DNA from: Octopus sinensis
Lineage: Eukaryota
DNA: 64,000 nt
Assembly (NCBI RefSeq): GCF_006345805.1
Contig: NC_043003.1
Coordinates: 96,472,001 to 96,536,000 of the forward strand
Direction: 5' to 3'
Shown here piece after piece: positions 59,201 through 64,000 of the stretch. Numbering within the stretch: the first letter of the stretch is position 1; each line of letters opens with the position of its first letter. Made by a program: the position numbers and the translations under genes. Under the pieces are notes generated by a model. That model saw only the letters and a program-made list of their open reading frames with translations. It had not been told where the DNA came from and did no database searches.

Positions 59201-60851
59201 AAGTAGCATAATGCAGGCTTCCAAACGTTGCTGTTTCTGATTCTCATTGAGTTCATGTGGAACCCACTTATCCAACTTTTTCACTTTACCGATTTGAACT
59301 AGGTGAGTCAATATTGTTTGCTTGCTAACACCAAACAACAACGATAATTCACGGGCACTTTGAGATGGATTTGACACGACAGTGGCTTTCAGTTTGTCAT
59401 TATCCACCTTTGATTCTGGTCGACTGCATTGCTCATTTGTGAAGTCAAAGTTACCAGAATGAAATTTTGCAAACCAATTTGATACTGTCTGCTATGTATG
59501 TAATAACATTAGAATTAAATATTCCATTAGCATTCCGAGGTGTCTGTGATGCTGTATTTCCAAGAAAGAACTCATATTTCAAAACTATGAATTTTCGATT
59601 CATTGCAATTGATCAATGAAATGACAGTATATTATGTTCAGAGATACTGAAAAAAATTAATTTTTAGACTGAACCCTTCAATAGTTGTTTGATGCTGGTA
59701 GAAAAATATGCTTTCCATCATACGTATTTAAACCAAACAGTCAAATTTGGAAAGTTTCTTGGTTGTTGGGAGGTACATCCCACATCTGAATCCATCCTTG
59801 TCATAGTGTAGTTTCAGTATTACAGTGGGTACATAACGGTAGTCGTAAACTTTGAGAGTAAACTTACCATACCATGGCTCTGTACTGATGGTCCCACAAA
59901 ACAAATTGGTAAGGTAGGTGAGTGCTGCCTTTCGGTAGTTTTACAGATTGCAAGTGTGGGGGTCACAACAGGAGACAGTCACAGTTAGCCAACATAAGGT
60001 ATAGCGCAAATAGGTGCTAGACGAACAGCCAGAATAAATGCTAGGAACATTTTAAGTGGTGTGCTGGAGGTTACAGTGATTTTTTTTTCATTATATCTGT
60101 AAGAGTAACAAGACTTGATATGCCAGGACCTTATTTTTATGTTTATTATTTATTTTTTCAAATTTTTGGTTGTCAAAATTAGGGTGCATCCTCAAGGATG
60201 AAGCGTCTTCGATGCCAGGAAATGCACTAATCTATAAATCTTCATCTCATTTCTGCAGATGGTTAACCGTTTCCTGTCCAAAGCATTTTCATAAGTTTGC
60301 CCTAAACATCCATGAATGTTTCCATGCTTTTAGTAGCCCTTGTTTCATACATTCTGAATAATAAAAAGCTTTCCTTTCATAACTCCCAAGCTACTCTGGT
60401 GGTTGAAAAAAATTGGTTATGTGTGGCATAACTGATGCATGAACGTTAGGGAGATATGTCCTGCATATCACATTTTATACACAGGACATGCAAAGGATTA
60501 ACTAGCCCTTAAATACCTATTAGTATATATTTGCTTCTTTTAACATTTTATGTATGAGTTTCTTTTCTGGAGATGGTTCTGGAAGTTTGATAACTATATA
60601 ACCTTTGTAGATAGCCATGAAAATAAGTCCACTGAAAAAAGAAATAGGGAAGAGCTCTGTAGGACATTATTCAGTGACATTAATTATGTTTCAAATGCTT
60701 CAGCTATCCAGTTATAAAAGTCTTGTTTAAAAATGGATGTTATGGTATTTATTTTCATTTATTTTTTTTTATTCTCTGCAGGTTCTTTTAGAAGCTCAGG
60801 AAATGGCCATCCTTGAGCATGGAGTTGAATTCAAATCTAATTTATGGATAG
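44956..60851 (+). CDS. MRPL22: Mitochondrial ribosomal protein uL22m, 3'-partial. join(44956..44980,47855..47891,49331..49502,51529..51594,55294..55371,60782..>60851)
   Basis: A continuous frame gives an Arg/Ser/Leu-rich presequence, then KWDKYNTIVYPPTKPGEEERPA EITHSRENIKYSPLKMWYIACM IRGMSIDEALKQL...VLLEAQEMA...EFKSNLWI, colinear with MRPL22 orthologues. Exon 1 is the least certain; the alternative ATG is at 44962. Confidence 0.93.
46845..47378. mobile_element. piggyBac-like (TTAA-CCCT) MITE hosting a hairpin insertion
   Basis: Left end ttaaccctttagcatt; degenerate right end aatgctaaaaggttca; interrupted at a (TA)n tract. Confidence 0.65.
47029..47258. repeat. Long near-perfect inverted repeat (arms about 112 bp, 5-nt loop)
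   Basis: Arms 47029-47141 and 47147-47258, loop tctgt; only about 3 differences. Confidence 0.95.
47855..47891 (+). CDS. MRPL22: MRPL22 exon 2
   Basis: tttttcag acceptor, gtaggt donor; (V)LSRCGLRTLFS(R); phase 2 fits exon 3. Confidence 0.75.
48054..48225 (-). mobile_element. RTE 3' UTR-type retroposon copy
   Basis: (CAT)n cgtttaacgtccgctttccatgctagc terminus. Confidence 0.85.
49331..49502 (+). CDS. MRPL22: MRPL22 exon 3
   Basis: ...MKWDKYNTIVYPPTKPGEEERPA; gtaagt donor. Confidence 0.93.
50300..50640 (+). mobile_element. Hero-type non-LTR retrotransposon N-terminal fragment
   Basis: FDKDVDSILEATAKGDVD..TMTIIIIG...LEEK resembles the pre-RT region of Hero-group elements. Confidence 0.55.
50884..51549 (+). 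repeat. Tandem duplication (about 345 and 320 bp) of the MRPL22 intron 3 end plus the first codons of exon 4
   Basis: Copy 1 at 50884-51227, copy 2 at 51229-51549; both end ...tgcag GAAATAAC(A/T)CA(T/C)TCTC. Confidence 0.92.
51529..51594 (+). CDS. MRPL22: MRPL22 exon 4
   Basis: EITHSRENIKYSPLKMWYIACM; gtgagt donor. Confidence 0.93.
51811..52450 (+). mobile_element. SINE A (51811-51880 and about 52370-52450) containing SINE E (about 51885-52345)
   Basis: Both SINE sequences resume colinearly after the nested insertions. Confidence 0.7.
51906..52125. mobile_element. piggyBac-type MITE (220 bp)
   Basis: TTAA duplicated at 51902-51905 and 52126-52129; TIR CCCTTTCGTTAC / GTAACGAAAGGG. Confidence 0.92.
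52645..52797 (+). mobile_element. RTE 3' UTR-type retroposon copy
   Basis: gtgttaggaagggcatccagc...gttaaatgatgatg. Confidence 0.8.
52860..53090 (-). mobile_element. RTE-BovB-like LINE 3' end (same family as 40740-41098)
   Basis: MQRKSLEKDIMLGLVSGKRRRGRPRTCWLETIKSDT...SRLQLSG*. Confidence 0.85.
53664..53975 (-). mobile_element. RTE 3' fragment
   Basis: Shared terminus and UTR. Confidence 0.75.
55294..55371 (+). CDS. MRPL22: MRPL22 exon 5
   Basis: IRGMSIDEALKQLSFYKRKGSTVVKD; gtaagt donor. Confidence 0.95.
55789..56640 (+). mobile_element. Young 5'-truncated CR1-type LINE with an open ORF2 C-terminus and (AACT)n tail
   Basis: Uninterrupted frame to 56525 (KDLGILVD, LVRPILEY, LERVQKLA, RRRGDLI, RGHSEKL, AFSVRV..WNKLP). 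Probable 7-bp TSD catatat at 55782-55788 and 56641-56647. Confidence 0.92.
56649..57249 (-). mobile_element. Tigger/pogo internal-deletion derivative
   Basis: ORF 56790-57044 fuses the HTH-psq start (KKSRKAISLDCKMKII) to the acidic tail (LELECEIDLDELL...ELSDEE); degenerate TIRs (accttctc / gagaaggtg) flanked by TA. Confidence 0.7.
57600..58560 (+). mobile_element. Decayed pogo (POGK-like) transposase
   Basis: Brinker-type DBD YKLQVIEYAK, AAKWPEQEQ, NMDEVSLTFD, TSGHEKTHY.VVLPCCADG..LPPLLIFKRK; several frameshifts. Confidence 0.85.
58580..59460 (-). mobile_element. Decayed mariner (DD34D, Hsmar1/cecropia-like) transposase
   Basis: WVPHEL, VTCDEK, QDNARPH, YSPDLAPTDY motifs; stops and a frameshift; TIRs not seen. 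Confidence 0.9.
60782..60851 (+). CDS. MRPL22: MRPL22 exon 6
   Basis: VLLEAQEMAILEHGVEFKSNLWI; gtgaga donor; later exons lie outside the window. Confidence 0.95.
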
Positions 60852-61289
60852 GTGAGAGCGATTGTTTATCAACAATGATTTTTTTCTTCTTTACATCAGT
60901 TTCTGCCCAAACAGTGTTTGAATAAAATAACTAAAGTCTGTGCTTATTCTAGAAACAACCTATCTAGTATTTATGTCTTGGGTTGGAGTGTTAATCATTT
61001 TTTAAGATGATTTGAATCCAACGATAATATTGTTTTAATTTGTTTGTCTTCAGGAAACATAAACAGATTCAGTTGGGTCAATATACTGTACTTTTGTATA
61101 TATTAAATGTCTAAAAAAAACCCAAAAAACAACAACAAATTACTAGTAGGCATTCATTTAATTTTAGCATGAGACTTTATAAATGATATAATGAATTTAT
61201 TGATCTCTTTTTACCTTTTATCATTATGCCTGCTTCCGTTTATATTTTAGGTACATCAACATCAAAATAAATATCAAATGGAAATTGTA

Positions 61290-61620
61290 GTTGTGATACC
61301 TGTGCTGGTGGCATGTAAAAAGCACCATCCGAACGTGGCCGATGCCAGCGCCGCCTTGACTGGCTTCTGTGTCGGTGGCACGTAAAAACCACCAGTTGAT
61401 CATGGCCGCTGCCAGCCTCCCCTGGCATCTGTGTCGGTGACACATAAAAAGCACCCACTATACTCACGGAGTGGTTGGCGTTAAGGAGGGCATCCAGCTG
61501 TAGAAACACTGGCAGATCAGACTGGAGCCTGGTGCAGCCTCCTGGCTTCCCAGACCCCAGTCAAACCATCCAACCCGTGCTAGCATGGAAAACGGATGTT
61601 AAATGATGATGATAATGATC
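61290..61620 (+). mobile_element. RTE 3' UTR-type retroposon copy
   Basis: Internal tandem units plus gttaaatgatgatg tail. Confidence 0.85.
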
Positions 61621-62865
61621 AGTGACAGCAAAATAGATAATTATATATTTAGGTTATTAAATAAAAATGGTGTTTATTTGGTTTTATAAAATTTATTATC
61701 AGGCTATTATAACTGAACTTTCACTTGTAGTTTGAATTAAAAATTCAACTTGTAAAAGTGATATTTGTTATTCAGATTATTGATAGCACCTGATACATGA
61801 TACTTATTTATCAGGTAACTTATTGCAATCAAGAAATAATAAGTTAATTAATTGTAAGATAATTCTGTTGCATGTTCTGGAAATTCAGACATCCTAGATA
61901 AATAAGTGTAGCTAAACTTTAAGAAGTACAAGTGAGATTTTTTAAGAAGGTGATTAAGGGCTAGACATGATGCATAAAGATGAAGGCAGTTTTCTGGGAT
62001 GCTGTATTAGAGACTAGGTTTTGAGCCCTCACCACCACTACTAAAAGAATGCACAGTAATGTTTTGAGTTAATTTGTTCCTGGAGACCACTCATATGGTG
62101 GAAACTCATAAAGCAGAGCAATAATTTCCCATGGTAGCAATGTTATAAATTGTAATTCATTTCCAGAATAATATCTTTCCTATAAAATTTATAATACTTG
62201 TAAATGAATGGCAATAAAACAACAGTAGAATGGAATGAGTATTTTATGTAAAGTAAAAAGAATGTCAAGATCACTCATAATTAAAAATATTATTATAATC
62301 GTTTTCTGAATCACTTTCACTCGCACTAGACTTGCACACACCATCACTTGTAGACGCATTTACTGATTCATGAGCACTTGTAGACAAGTTTAGTGTTGTT
62401 TGCTTAGAAGTTTTTTTTCGCTCTCTATAAATTTGTTGGTAACATACAGAAACATTTGTTATGGTACTAGAAACTTTTTCATGTCATTCAAAATTTGGAT
62501 CTTGCGCTTGAAAAACAGAACTCATAAACCCAGTGTCTCGTAAAGCAGGTCCTTGTAAAGTGCTGTATTACTATATGCACATGGCTGCTATTGGAGTGAA
62601 TGCAATTAGTTAGCTTGGGTCAACAAACTTGGTCAGTCCTGAATTAATAATCTTGAAGAACAAAAGAGCATCACTTATTAAAACAACTGCTTCAAAATGC
62701 TTGCATGAGCATTATAAAATACAAACAACCCATGCTGTGAAAAGTTTGGTGATAAGGAATACCATTCAGCAACACAGCTATAAGCACCATGACAAGCAGG
62801 AAGAAATGAGTAGAGATATAGTGCTGACTCTTTAGTTTTGTTGGCAACAATTTCTCTAGTGTTTA

Positions 62866-63252
62866 TCTTCTCTCTATATATAAACGGCAGTTTGTCTGTG
62901 TGTGTTTCTGTGTGTCTGTTTGGTTGTACCCTCACTCTGACCACGGCTTTCAACCGATTCTGATGAAACTTGACACACACATAGCCCAATGTCATAATTC
63001 AAAACTAACGCAGCGAAAATTTTGAAAAGTTCCCCCAGTTCTGAAAAAAATCGATAAATTCGACATGGGGTCGAGAATTAGAAACACAAACCACAGACTG
63101 TCATGGGGACGCAACTCCACCTTTTTAACTCTCAAAAAAAATTTACCATCATTTTTTTCCCATTTTTTTGCTATATTTTGGCTATAACTATCTAAAAATG
63201 CTTTATAGTTATTTCCCTTACAAACCCGAGCAACGCCGGGCGATACTGCTAG
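62866..63252 (+). mobile_element. Non-autonomous Helitron (387 bp)
   Basis: A|TC...CTAG|T; near-identical to 34064-34450. Confidence 0.88.
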
Positions 63253-63844
63253 TGCCATAATAAAATGCACTTTGTCTGAGTTTTTACTCTTTAACATTCA
63301 AATTACTCTGTAGAATGTATTGCTTATTTATTCTCATTGTTTGTGAATTAATCATGCAGTCTCATAGCTTCAAGATTTTGGTAACGTGGTTGTTTATTTA
63401 TTTAGAATAATAGACATTATAGAGTGGATGTGAGAGGCTGGATATAGCTGGTTTAGTCATAAAACAGGTAGAATATTTGGTCTGGACATGACCCGTAAAA
63501 TGGTCTGTGATAGAAAGTGTCTCCAGATGGTAAAAATTATGACCAAAATAACCTGGTAAACAACAAATTTGGCCTGGTTTTCAAGTTACTGTGTCAGATG
63601 ATGAAGGTCTGTAACATGTGGCAAGGTACACAGGGACAAATGCCAGCATGGGAAAACAGTTGGCATGATGATGACATTGACTACAATGATAATGTTGGTA
63701 GTTATTGTTGTTCTCCTCCAAGTTTACAACTCAGGTGGCATCCTGCAATTCTATATAAGAAACAATAGTCAAAATTATATGTTAGCTGGAAATAGTTGTT
63801 GTGTTTCTTTCCAGAGACAATTATATCAGTTATTACCTTACAGG

Positions 63845-63960
63845 GTATTGGTTGGCCTGGGGCTCTAGTAGAAGACACTTGCCCCAAGATGTCATGCAGT
63901 GGGACTGAACCTTATACTATGTGGTTGCAAAGAAAGTTTCTTAGTCACAGAGCCATGCCT
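63845..63960 (-). mobile_element. SINE A 5' half
   Basis: gaagacacttgccccaag...gggactgaacc...ttagtcacagagcc. Confidence 0.7.
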
Positions 63961-64000
63961 GTTCTTACATAGGTAATAATAATAATGATTTCAAATTTTG

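Noticed and set aside
59860-59960. Minus-strand gtaagt donor with a short open frame
   Set aside because: No convincing acceptor, partner exons or recognisable protein; it lies among TE debris.

Overview
AT-rich, microsatellite-laden eukaryotic genomic DNA. It is most likely from an octopus or other coleoid cephalopod, inferred from the repeat families and not verified. Three spliced protein-coding genes lie on the + strand, and each was reconstructed by hand with GT-AG introns and consistent phases. (1) The 3' five coding exons (2787-18407) of an uncharacterised four-TM protein with a long PY-motif tail, resembling LAPTM/DUF4728-type proteins. (2) A complete six-exon PITHD1 (31207-42885, 211 aa). 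(3) The first six coding exons of MRPL22 (44956-60851), which continues beyond the window. Introns and intergenic DNA are packed with transposable elements: a near-intact IR-DR Tc1 element, maT, mariner, pogo/Tigger, hAT- and piggyBac-type MITEs, non-autonomous Helitrons, RTE, CR1, Hero and Penelope retroelement remnants, and at least three tRNA-derived SINE families. No rRNA, genuine tRNA gene or CRISPR array was found. The most notable observations are: a near-canonical minimal hammerhead ribozyme (8538-8585, -) plus a second, mutated one at the end of a Penelope remnant; a duplicated 3' splice site that creates a potential poison acceptor in MRPL22; a 230-bp near-perfect intronic hairpin; a TIR element with an atypical 16-bp target duplication and telomere-like G-tracts in the PITHD1 promoter; and a small exon clamped between inverted SINEs. 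All identities and alignments were judged by eye; no database search was run.
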